From: Cellulomonas sp.
GTDB lineage: Bacteria; Actinomycetota; Actinomycetes; Actinomycetales; Cellulomonadaceae
Length of the DNA: 40,185 nucleotides
Direction: 5' to 3' (one strand)
Assembly (NCBI RefSeq): GCF_012927595.1
Contig: NZ_JABBOW010000178.1
The position numbers and the translations under genes were made by a program. Below the pieces are notes generated by a model, which saw only the letters and a program-made list of their open reading frames with translations, was not told the DNA's origin and made no database searches. Every line of letters starts with the position of its first letter. Position 1 is the first letter of the stretch. Shown here one piece after another: positions 22,363 to 30,961 of the stretch.

Positions 22363-22953
22363 TCAGCCCGCCGACGCGTCGTCTCGCGACCGGAGTACGA
22401 ACGGCAGGAGCGCCACATGGATGAGGCGGGCCGCGTCGTCCTTGGCCTGCAGCAGATAGTCGGTCCACCAGTCCACCTCGGCAGTCGTCCGAGCGCTCTT
22501 GAAGCTGGGGTGCGCACGGAGCTTGGCCTCCGCCTTAGTGATGACGTCGGTCGCGACACCGCTACGGATGAACAAGATCAGAGCAGCCTTGGTGTCCCGC
22601 CAGACCGTGTAACTGACGAGCTGGTCGATGGCCTCTCCGAACTTCTTCTCACCGTGCCACACCGTGCACTCACCGATAAACGCGTTCCGGTCCGGGTGCT
22701 GGATGAGAATGTCGGTCTTGCCCGCGCCATTGAAGACCTCGCCCCGTGCTGAGCCCTCGAAGTTGCTGTTGAGGATGAACAGCAGAACGTCTCGCAGCTC
22801 TTCCTCGTTGAACTTCGTCGCCGTCTGAGCCTCGATCCACCGGTCCGCTTTCGGTGAGGGTCTGATCGGGTCCGAGTCGGGTCGCGTCTGATTCGGGCGC
22901 GGGTGGGTGCCGGTCTGTCCGGGTCTTCCACTTCGGGTCCTTGGTTGCGCCCG
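22363..22953 (-). pseudogene. 5'-truncated ORF of unknown family with a possible restriction-endonuclease-like (Mrr/PD-(D/E)xK-like) core
   Basis: 196-codon open frame from a stop at 22954-56 with no ATG/GTG/TTG. Sequence: ...ELRDVLLFILNSNFEGSARGEVFNGAGKTDILIQHPDRNAFIGECTVWHGEKKFGEAIDQLVSYTVWRDTKAALILFIRS.... GKTDILI ... GEC/EKK resembles D...(E)xK nuclease cores. The ORF track lists only the downstream GTG-started 22363..22662 part. Confidence 0.4.
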
Positions 22954-22967
22954 CTAGGGCTGGGTGG

Positions 22968-23531
22968 TCAGGTCGCGCTGGTGGGTGGTCCCGCGGCGGC
23001 GGTGAACATCGTCTGCCACGCGGTTTCCCAGGGCCATCGCTCGGGTAGGTGCAGGCGGAGCCGGCGTGCGGAGCGGGCCGGCACGGTGATGAGGTGGGTG
23101 CGGATCGTGGCGGCGGTGGCGCGGGCGTGAAACCTGGAGGCCAGGGTCCCGGCGGCGCGGGTCAGGTTGAACGAGATCGCGGCCAGGACCAGCCATGCGG
23201 CGTTGGCGTTCATTCGCCCGGAGGGCAGGTGGGCGAGGGGGCCGTTCTTCAGCTCGGCGATGACCTTCTCGATGATGGCGTGGTCGCGGTGCGTGGCGTC
23301 CGCGTCGAGCATCGATTCTTGAGAGTCGGTGAACACCGCGTGGTGACGCCAGGTGGAGAACAGGGCGCCCTGCCCGGTCAGGACCATGGTGGGGTTCAAT
23401 CGTTTGACGCGGCGCACGACCAGGCGGGCACTGATGTGTTCGTCGAGGCGCCGGGAGGTGAACGCGGTGAAGCTGATCCTCGGTCCACGACCCCGAAGAT
23501 CCCCCAGCAGTCCTGGATCAACGAACCCCAA
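22968..23531 (-). pseudogene. IS1380-family transposase C-terminal fragment (~187 aa)
   Basis: ...HRDHAIIEKVIAELKNGPLAHLPSGRMNANAAWLVLAAISFNLTRAAGTLAS...TIRTHLITVPARSARRLRLHLPERWPWETAW is the diagnostic IS1380 C-terminal block. The N-terminal ~260 aa are missing. Confidence 0.8.
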
Positions 23532-23574
23532 CCAGAACTACAGAGCACCTGATCGACGAACTGTCTCACTTGAC

Positions 23575-23867
23575 TTGACAGATACCGGGTTGGCCGGCGA
23601 GCAGTACTTCCCCAGCACCACAGCAGCGCCGCCCTGGAGACCGTGCTCGAGCGGGTCCGACAGCAGGTCGAGCGTCGCAGCTTCGCGTTCCGCAACCAGC
23701 GCCGCACCAACCTGTGTCTGGGCCTGATGCGCAACCACGAGATCCGCGTCGACGACCTCGACCACCACACTGAGCTTCTGCGCGAAGCAGCCCGAGCATC
23801 CGGCGGTCGCATCGAGTTCCAGCGACGTGGCTACTGCACCGACCGGGCCTTCGACCTCCGGCCCTGA
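23575..23867 (+). pseudogene. ISL3-family transposase C-terminal fragment
   Basis: ...ETVLERVRQQVERRSFAFRNQRRTNLCLGLM matches EGxNNKIKxIKRRAYGFRNFxNFRLRIL. It begins just after an in-frame TGA. Confidence 0.45.
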
Positions 23868-24073
23868 GCCGATTCCAAGAAGCGCCTTCTAGGTCAACGC
23901 CCTCGTATGGGGGGCGACCGCTATGAGGCGTCGCGACCCGATCCCAGAACGTCGGCAAGGTGGGCGCTGACCGACAGCCAGGCGGCTGGTAGGTGCCGCC
24001 CTCGGCCTCATGGAGCTGCGTCGAGCGCTGCCGCGACTTGTTATAGTTGTATGCAAATAACTACTGTGATCTT

Positions 24074-24427
24074 GTGCTCTTCACCAGCGACCCCTCAGCG
24101 CCTGAGCCGCTCTTCGAGCAACTCGCAGTACAGGTGAGGTCCGCAGTGGCTCGAGGCGAGCTGACGGCTGGCACGAGGTTGCCGTCAGCGAGGGAGCTCG
24201 CTGGCTTGCTGGGCGTCAATCTGCACACGGTGCTGCGCGCCTACCAGGAGCTGCGCGACGAGGGCCTCCTTGAGCTTCGGCGCGGGCGCGGTGCGGTCAT
24301 CACCGCCCGCGCACAGCAGGACTACCTGCCGCTGCGTGAGGCGATCGACCACCTCGTGTCCGTCTCGCGTCGACTCGGATTGGCACCCGTGACCACCGCC
24401 GCACTGACAAGGGAAGCCTTGCGATGA
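24074..24427 (+). CDS. GntR-family (YtrA-subfamily, short) transcriptional regulator
   Basis: PEPLFEQLAVQVRSAVARGELTAGTRLPSARELAGLLGVNLHTVLRAYQELRDEGLL wHTH with a short C-terminal helical domain. The start is uncertain (TTG 24047 or GTG 24074). The stop overlaps the downstream start (ATGA). Confidence 0.75.
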   Translation: MLFTSDPSAPEPLFEQLAVQVRSAVARGELTAGTRLPSARELAGLLGVNLHTVLRAYQELRDEGLLELRRGRGAVITARAQQDYLPLREAIDHLVSVSRRLGLAPVTTAALTREALR

Positions 24428-25437
24428 CCTCGTCCACCGGCTCAGCACCATCGCACGGCCCGCGCTCACTCGTCCCGCATCGCGCGCTCACCACGCTCGT
24501 CACCCTCGGGGTCCCCGTGGTGGTCCTGCTCACGGGGATAGCGGTCGCCCTGTCGTGGCGTGACGTCCTGCCCGATCCGATCGCCATCCACTGGGGCGCC
24601 GACGGCGCGGACGGGTACGGCAACCTCGCAAGCCACCTCACAGCGCTGGTGGGGGTCACGCTGGCGATGTCTGTGTTCATGTGGGCCGTGGGCTACTTCG
24701 CTGGACGCGATGCCATGACCCGGCGTCTGGCCGGTGGGACAGCTGCGGGGTTCGCCGTGTTCATGACCGGGTTGCTGGTCGGTTCGCTCGCCCCTCAACG
24801 CGGTCTGCCCGATGCTGCCCAGGCCGGCCCCATCGGCGCGGTCCTCGCTGGTTCGTTCGCCCTGGCCAGCCTCACCGGCGGGCTGATCGCGTGGCTGACG
24901 CCCGCCGATCTGTCCGAGCCAGCGACCAGCCCGATCCCCTCCGATGCGCCCAGGATGCACCTGCCCGAGGCAGGGCAGGCAGCCTGGGTCCGCGACGCCA
25001 CCGTGGGCCCGGCGCGCTGGTTGCTAGTTCCCGTCGGGACGGTCATGGCCACAATCGTCGTGGTCAGCCGCCAGTGGGAGGTCGTCATCATCCTCGCGTT
25101 CGTCGTCTCGCTGCTGTTCGTGACCCTCGCCCGATGGTCAGTCACCGTGGACCGAACCGGACTGACAGTTAGCCCGCTGATCCGCCACCCTCGAATCCAG
25201 GTGCCCCTGAACGAGATCATCTCAGCCGAGGTCGTCACGGTTCGGCCCATCGCCGAGTTCGGTGGCTGGGGCCTGCGAACCGGCGCTGCCGGGCGCACCG
25301 GCGTCATCCTGCGGTCCGGTCCCGCACTGCAGGTCACACGCACCGGCGGGCGCACCTTCGTCGTGACGGTCGACGACGCCCCTACCGGCGCCGCACTGCT
25401 GAACACCCTGGCCGCGCGCGCACGAACGCCCCACTGA
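24424..25437 (+). CDS. DUF1648/SdpI-like membrane protein with a C-terminal bacterial PH (bPH_2/DUF304-like) domain
   Basis: N-terminal TM cluster with HWG motif (IAIHWGADGADGYGNLASH), then TM segments, then ...WSVTVDRTGLTV...IISAEVVT...GWGLRTG...GVILRSGPALQV.... This is the classic partner of YtrA-type regulators. Confidence 0.7.
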   Translation: MTSSTGSAPSHGPRSLVPHRALTTLVTLGVPVVVLLTGIAVALSWRDVLPDPIAIHWGADGADGYGNLASHLTALVGVTLAMSVFMWAVGYFAGRDAMTRRLAGGTAAGFAVFMTGLLVGSLAPQRGLPDAAQAGPIGAVLAGSFALASLTGGLIAWLTPADLSEPATSPIPSDAPRMHLPEAGQAAWVRDATVGPARWLLVPVGTVMATIVVVSRQWEVVIILAFVVSLLFVTLARWSVTVDRTGLTVSPLIRHPRIQVPLNEIISAEVVTVRPIAEFGGWGLRTGAAGRTGVILRSGPALQVTRTGGRTFVVTVDDAPTGAALLNTLAARARTPH

Positions 25438-25569
25438 CCTCAACGCCAAGCCCGACACAGCCGCGGGTGGGCCGAAGACCGACAGGCCGTCCTGGTGCGA
25501 GGACGACGTAGTTTCGTCGCTTCCATAAGCGGCTGATCGGCCGGCGCTCGCGACGTCGTGCGACTGGGC

Positions 25570-25880
25570 GTTGCCGCTTCCCGTCAAGGAGCGCCCGGAG
25601 CCGAGATGAGCATCGATGCGACGCCGGGAAGAACCTGGGGCAGGTGATTGCCACCATGAGCCTGCCGGCGGTGCTCGGCCCGATCCTCGGGCCCGCGCTC
25701 GGCGGCCTCATCCCGACCTTCGCCAGCTGGCGCTGGATGTTCTGGGTGAACGTGCTCTTCTGCGTCGTCCGGCTCGTGCTCGCGGTGCGGATGCCGCCCG
25801 CAGACAGGCCCGACCAGCGCGCGCGCCTCGATCTGGTGGGACTGGCCCTGCTCGGGGGCGTCATCGGGTGGGCCGCCCAC
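25570..25880 (+). pseudogene. Internal fragment of a DHA2-type MFS transporter (TM5-TM7 region only)
   Basis: GKNLGQVIATMSLPAVLGPILGPALGGLIPTFASWRWMFWVNVLFCVV...RARLDLVGLALLGGVIGW. An in-frame stop lies ~25 codons upstream, and the read derails after GVIGW. Confidence 0.6.
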
Positions 25881-26391
25881 CGGGCCGGAGCGACGACGTG
25901 TTCAGGATCGATCGCGCCACCGTGGCGTTGGCCGTCACGATCTTGGACAGGCCAGGAGCTACCCAGTCGTTGTCACGGTCGAGCATCCGCCCGGCCCGTT
26001 CTACACTTCAGACGCGGCAGGACCGTGCGGACGGCATGCTGCCATGCTGGCAGCGGCGTGACTGGGGGTGTCACGCGCGATCGGTGTTCGGCCGGACTCG
26101 GTTGAGGTGTCCGGCGGGACGCTCCAGGTTTTCCGGCGACGACCAGGGCCACGACCGTGCCCCGCGCTGATGCACCGAGACGCCCGGCGGCGTGTCACCA
26201 TCGGCGTGAGCACGGGCCAGCGGGCGGCGCAGGCGGGGACGCTGCACGGTGACTTGGCGTCCGATCTCGGCGCCCTGGCCTGGGTTGCCTGCGACACGGG
26301 GCGCGGGGTCCGACGCCCGACGTGTCTCGGGCGGACGCGGCACGGCGCGCTGCGCCGCAGTCGCGGTGGGGGTGTGCGAGGAGGAGGAGAT

Positions 26392-28539
26392 GTGGCACGA
26401 CCAGGCCAACGCCGGTCCGGTGGCGCGGGCACGGATCTCGGCGCTCAGCGCCGCCGCACCCCGCGTCGCGCCGAGCAGGGGATCATCCCGGTGCTCACCG
26501 AGGTCGCCCGCGAGGTCGACAGCGCCGTGCAGCGACCCCCGACGCGCCCGGCGGTGCGCACGAAGTTCCAGGTCGTGGCGTTGCTCGTGCGAGAGGAGCG
26601 GGCCCGGGTGATGGCCGACGGCCGCCCGACCGGGTCGGGGCGCGCCAAGCAGCTCAAGCAGCTCGACGGGGTGGCGATGCTGCTCGCCAGGACCGCTGCC
26701 CGGGACACCTCGCTGCTCAAGCTGCTCGCCGAGGATGCCCGGGTCTCCGACGCGGCGCGCGCCTTCAAGGTGACGGTGATGCGCGCCGGCGGGCTGGAGC
26801 CGCCCGAGGAGCCCGCCCCCGCCGCGCCCGCCGCGCCGGTGCCCGGTGCCGAGAGTCAGGTGGTCCCCCGGTCGGTGGTCTCGCGCCAGCTCGCGAACCC
26901 GTTCCTGGCTCCGGACTACGAGGCCGCGGCCGAGCGGATCGCTACCCGGGCCCGCCGACTGGCTGGCTGGGAGCTGCTCGAACCGCTCTTCAGCTCATTC
27001 GAGCGGGCCGCAACCGGGGCACCCGCCTGCATGCCGCTGCCCGAGGCCCGCTCGGTGTCCGTGCCCCCCGGCCGGGAGCTGATGCCGCACCAGGCCCAGG
27101 TCGTCGCGGCCACGGCCGGCGGCCATCGCACGTTCCTGCTCGCCGACGAGCCCGGGCTCGGCAAGACCGCCCAGGCGCTGCTCGCCGCCCGGGCGGCCGA
27201 CGCCTACCCGCTGCTGGTCGTGGTGCCCAACGTCGTCAAGACGAACTGGGCGAACGAGGTCCGGCTATGGACGCCGTCGCGCCGGTCCACAGTGGTCCAT
27301 GGCGATGGTGACCAGGTCGACGGGTTCGCGGACATCGTGATCGTGAACTACGAGCTCCTGGACCGGCACGTCGGCTGGCTCGGCGACCTTGGCTTCCGCG
27401 GCATGGTCGTCGACGAGGCGCACTTCATCAAGAACAAGACCTCCCAGCGCTCCCAGCACGTCCTTGCGCTCTCGGAGCGGATCCGCGCCCGCACCGCCCG
27501 GCCGCTGCTGATGGCCCTCACCGGCACCCCGCTGATCAACGACATCGAGGACTTCCGAGCGATCTGGCAGTTCCTCGGCTGGATCGACGACGCGGTGCCG
27601 CTCGGCGCGCTGGCCACCGCCCTCGAGAAGACCGGGCTCACCCCGGCCGACCCGGGGTTCTACACCGCCGCGCGGGCCAGCGTGATCCACATGGGCATCG
27701 TGCGTCGCCGCAAGGTCGACGTCGTCGCCGACATCCCCGCCCGGCGGGTCGCGGACCTGCCGGTCGAGCTCGACGGCGCAGCCGGCCACTCGATCCGCGC
27801 CGCCGAAGCCGCGCTCGCCCGCCGGCTGGTCGCACGCTACCGGTCCGCACTGCAGGTGCGGAGGGTCGGCGGGGTCGTGGACGGGATCGACCACGACCTC
27901 GCTCGCCGGGTGGCGGCGGCGGAGCTCAAGGAGTCGAGCTCGCAGACCGGTGGCGAGAACGTGTTCACGATGGTCCGCCGGATCGGCCAGGCCAAAGCCG
28001 GGCTGGCCGCCGACTACGCCGCGCAGCTCGCCCGCAACGTCGGCAAAGTGGTGTTCTTCGCCAAGCACGTCGACGTCATGGATCAAGCCGAGCAGACCTT
28101 CACCGACCGCGGCATCCGCTACGCCTCGATCCGAGGCGACCAGACACCCAAAGTGCGTGAGAAGAACATCGCCGCGTTCGTCAACGACCCCGACGTGTCG
28201 ATCGCGGTGTGCTCCCTGACGGCCGCGGGCGTGGGGCTGAACCTTCAGGTCGCCTCCAACCTGGTGCTGGCCGAACTGTCCTGGACCCACGCCGAGCAGA
28301 CCCAGGCCATCGACCGGATCCACCGGATCGGCCAGACCGAGCCCGTCACCGCGTGGCGGATCATCGCCGCGCAGACCATCGACACCAAGATCGCCAAGCT
28401 GATCGACAGCAAATCAGGGCTCGCCGCCCGGGCACTAGACGGAGCGCACGACAAGGACATCTCACCATCCACGACCGTGCAGCTCGAAGCCCTGCTAGGG
28501 CTGCTCACCGACGCCCTCACCACCGACGGCGTGGGCTGA
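26392..28539 (+). CDS. SNF2-family helicase (SNF2_N + Helicase_C; HelZ/RapA-like) with a ~270-aa N-terminal region of unknown fold
   Basis: LLADEPGLGKTAQAL (motif I), VVDEAHFIKN (DEAH box), LTGTPLIND, helicase-C QAIDRIHRIGQ. The start is uncertain: GTG 26392 directly after SD gaggaggaggag, or GTG 26491, or GTG/ATG 26608-26611 after SD gagaggag. The ORF-track extension to 26068 is low-complexity. Confidence 0.85.
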   Translation: MARPGQRRSGGAGTDLGAQRRRTPRRAEQGIIPVLTEVAREVDSAVQRPPTRPAVRTKFQVVALLVREERARVMADGRPTGSGRAKQLKQLDGVAMLLARTAARDTSLLKLLAEDARVSDAARAFKVTVMRAGGLEPPEEPAPAAPAAPVPGAESQVVPRSVVSRQLANPFLAPDYEAAAERIATRARRLAGWELLEPLFSSFERAATGAPACMPLPEARSVSVPPGRELMPHQAQVVAATAGGHRTFLLADEPGLGKTAQALLAARAADAYPLLVVVPNVVKTNWANEVRLWTPSRRSTVVHGDGDQVDGFADIVIVNYELLDRHVGWLGDLGFRGMVVDEAHFIKNKTSQRSQHVLALSERIRARTARPLLMALTGTPLINDIEDFRAIWQFLGWIDDAVPLGALATALEKTGLTPADPGFYTAARASVIHMGIVRRRKVDVVADIPARRVADLPVELDGAAGHSIRAAEAALARRLVARYRSALQVRRVGGVVDGIDHDLARRVAAAELKESSSQTGGENVFTMVRRIGQAKAGLAADYAAQLARNVGKVVFFAKHVDVMDQAEQTFTDRGIRYASIRGDQTPKVREKNIAAFVNDPDVSIAVCSLTAAGVGLNLQVASNLVLAELSWTHAEQTQAIDRIHRIGQTEPVTAWRIIAAQTIDTKIAKLIDSKSGLAARALDGAHDKDISPSTTVQLEALLGLLTDALTTDGVG

Positions 28540-28565
28540 GCCACCAGACGACCGGCACGCTGGAC

Positions 28566-28601
28566 TGCACCATGCACAGTGGGCCCCGTGGGACTCGAAC
28601 C
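28566..28601 (-). other. tRNA 3'-end-like fragment (T-loop GGGTTCGAGTCCC + acceptor GGGGCCC-A), not a complete tRNA
   Basis: The minus strand reads ...GAAGGGTTCGAGTCCCACGGGGCCCACTG. There is no matching 5' acceptor strand or D-arm or anticodon arm upstream. It sits 27 nt after the SNF2 stop. Confidence 0.3.
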
Positions 28602-28667
28602 CTTCGCGCGATGGCCTTCTTCGTCGCGGCCACCACGACGACCAAGATCGAGAACTACACCACGTCA

Positions 28668-28681
28668 CGTGACGTCACCGA
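28668..28681. repeat. 14-bp perfect palindrome ACGTCACGTGACGT
   Basis: Self-complementary. It lies in the non-coding stretch between the tRNA-like fragment and the YD-repeat fragment. Confidence 0.8.
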
Positions 28682-29009
28682 CCGCCCATGTCAGCCCGCG
28701 GCATGCGTGGGCGAGCGTAGCCGCCCACAACGCGGCATGACCGGATGTTCCCGGGAAGAGGAACCGACCACTGTCGTCGAGCGCCGGGTCAGGTCGGACA
28801 GCGCGGCGAGGAGGCCCTCGGCGATCCGGGTGAAGTTGAAGCAGGCCCTTCCTTGCATGCGCTTGCGCAGCTGCTCGGAGATGGGCAGGACACCTTGGGG
28901 TGCCATGTAGACCGCCATGAGGTCGTACGAGACGTCACGCTTCTTGATCTCCACGGCCCCGAACATCGGGACGTACCCGTCCTTGCTCACGTGCCGCGTG
29001 TTCAGCCGA

Positions 29010-29290
29010 TAGGCCGCAGGCCCGTCCGCAACGAGACCTACCCCGACACCTCCCTCAACCAGCTCGGCGGGGTCGGGACCAACACCTACAGCTACGGTGG
29101 CGGCAACCAGCCCACCGCCTCCACCCCGACCGCAGTCCAGGCGACCACGTCCACCTACGACCAGCGCGGCAACCGCACCAACACCACCACCCCCGCGGCG
29201 ACCACCATGCGCGTGGACGTCACCAAGTCCAAGGACGGCGCGGCCGGGCGACCGTCCCTGACGGCACGCTATCTTCATGCCGTGGGGGTC
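29010..29290 (+). pseudogene. RHS/YD-repeat protein fragment
   Basis: ...GVGTNTYSYGGGNQPTA...TTSTYDQRGNRTNTTTP contains two YD-repeat units (xTYxYDxxGNRT). There is no N-terminus and a stop just before the AI-2E gene. Confidence 0.4.
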
Positions 29291-29293
29291 CCG

Positions 29294-30484
29294 ATGAAGG
29301 CTGATGAGCCGCGCCAGGTCAAGTCATCGCCGTCTCCGGCTGCGCCGGTTCGACTGATCGCTTTCGAGCCGCGGGCGCTGCGCCGGGCGGTGCTGACGGT
29401 TCTGCTGATCGTCACGCTGTGGATGATCGCGCTGTGGGTCTTCCAGTCGATCAGCCACTTCCTGTTCGTCCTCCTGCTCTCGTGGCTGTTCGCGATGGCC
29501 ATGGAGCCAGCCATCGACTGGCTGACCGAGCGGGGATGGAAACGCGGCCTGGCGACGGCGCTCGTCGGCGGCCTGGTGGTTCTCGCGGTCGTCGGGCTCA
29601 GCGGGATGTTCGGCAACCTGTTCTTCAACCAGCTCGCCTCGCTCGTCCAGTCGCTGCCGGACGTGGTCACCAATGTCATCTCGTGGGCCAACCGCGCGTT
29701 CAAGCTGACGCTGGATCCCACGACCGTGACCAGCAACCTCAACGTGACTCCGTCGCAGGTCGGTTCGGTGGCCTCCAACTTGGCTGGCGGCGTCCTCGGC
29801 GTGGTCACGTCCCTTCTGACAGCCGTGTTCAACGCGGTCACCTTCCTCGTCTTCGCGCTCTACCTGGCCGCTGACGGACCGCGCGTGCGCACGACGATCG
29901 GTTCCTGGCTTCCGCCCGCGCGCCAGGTCGTCTTCGTCAAGGTCTGGGACATCGCCCAAGCCAAGACCGGCGGCTACGTGGTCTCCAAGGTCGTGCTCGC
30001 GGGGCTGTCGTCCGTGTTCTATTCAGCGTTCTTCTACCTGGTGGGCGTGCCCTCCTGGCTGCCGCTCGCCCTCCTGGTGGGCTTGATGGCGCAGTTCGTG
30101 CCGGTGGTCGGCACCTACGTCGGGATCCTCATCCCGATCCTCTTCGTCGTGTTCTCGTCGCCGATCACCGTGGTGTGGATCGTCGTGTTCGCCACGATCT
30201 ACCAGCAGATCGAGACGTACGTGTTCACCCCGCGGGTCAGCAATCGGACGATGGACGTCAACGCGGGCATCGCCTTGGCCTCGGTCTTCATCGGCGCTGC
30301 CCTGTGGGGGGGCGTCGGCGCGCTGATCGGGATCCCGATCGCCGCCGCCATCGGCGCTGTGCTGGACACCTACGGACACCGGCATGAGCTGGTGCCTGCA
30401 CTGGCCGCGATGAACGAGCCCGACCAGGACGAGTCGGATGACGACGAATCCAAGGATGCGAACCTCGACGACGCCACGAGCTGA
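29294..30484 (+). CDS. AI-2E family transporter (UPF0118/PerM-like)
   Basis: 396 aa from MKADEPRQ..., with 7-8 TM segments in the typical AI-2E topology and an acidic C-terminal tail. The ORF-track extension from 28745 is rejected. Confidence 0.85.
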   Translation: MKADEPRQVKSSPSPAAPVRLIAFEPRALRRAVLTVLLIVTLWMIALWVFQSISHFLFVLLLSWLFAMAMEPAIDWLTERGWKRGLATALVGGLVVLAVVGLSGMFGNLFFNQLASLVQSLPDVVTNVISWANRAFKLTLDPTTVTSNLNVTPSQVGSVASNLAGGVLGVVTSLLTAVFNAVTFLVFALYLAADGPRVRTTIGSWLPPARQVVFVKVWDIAQAKTGGYVVSKVVLAGLSSVFYSAFFYLVGVPSWLPLALLVGLMAQFVPVVGTYVGILIPILFVVFSSPITVVWIVVFATIYQQIETYVFTPRVSNRTMDVNAGIALASVFIGAALWGGVGALIGIPIAAAIGAVLDTYGHRHELVPALAAMNEPDQDESDDDESKDANLDDATS

Positions 30485-30603
30485 TCGTCCCCCGACCCAT
30501 CCTTTTCGACGAGATCGGCTACGTCAGCCGCGACCCGCGCGGAGCCGAGCTGCCACACCGGTGTCGGTTGGGGTCTGCTGCACGGAGAGTGGACAGCGGC
30601 TGG

Positions 30604-30960
30604 TCACGCGGCCTCGGTGGCCGGAGCGGTCATGATGACCTCGTACGCGATGAGGGTCAACCGGCGCGGGACGGCCTGTCCGCACTGGCGGTCGAAGGTG
30701 CGTTCGATCCAGATCACGATCGCGATCCGGAGCTTCTCTCGGGTAACCCCGGTGCGCCGGTTCAGGACGTGCTTCTGCAGCAGCGAGAAGAAGCTCTCCA
30801 TGGCGGCGCTGGCCCGTCAGGAGTGAGCGCCCGGAGTGCGGCAGATGCGGGCGGAGCATCGGGGCACGTGGCCAGGGGGTCCGTGTTCCCGCCGTCGACG
30901 CACTGGCGGCTCTTCGCATTGAGATGCTTCACCGAGCGGCTGGTGCTGCGGATGGCCGGC
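30604..30960 (-). pseudogene. IS3-family transposase (OrfB/rve) C-terminal remnant
   Basis: MESFFSLLQKHVLNRRTGVTREKLRIAIVIWIERTFDRQ...RRLTLIAYEVIMT is the canonical IS3 OrfB C-terminus. A degenerate piece lies upstream in another frame. Confidence 0.7.
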
Positions 30961-30961
30961 G

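Noticed and set aside
23515-23825. Apparent 1-nt differences between the displayed nucleotides and the supplied ORF translations (extra A near 23520, missing G near 23761, extra C near 23820)
   Set aside because: I cannot tell whether this is my reading of the long sequence or an inconsistency in the inputs. It does not change any call, and coordinates in this stretch should be taken as ±2 nt.
26068-26611. ORF-track N-terminal extension of the SNF2 gene to 26068, and a 73-aa ATG ORF at 26390 directly after the strong SD gaggaggaggag
   Set aside because: The extension is Arg/Gly junk. The ATG-started ORF is Ser/Arg/Pro-rich and ends at 26611. The SD more plausibly serves the in-frame GTG at 26392 of the helicase.
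27265-28323. 352-aa ORF antisense to the SNF2 helicase
   Set aside because: Mirror-frame artefact.
28541-28640. Possible tRNA after the SNF2 gene
   Set aside because: Only a T-loop/acceptor-like 30-nt piece is present. A CGCGA/TCGCG stem nearby encloses a 12-nt loop, which is incompatible with an anticodon arm.
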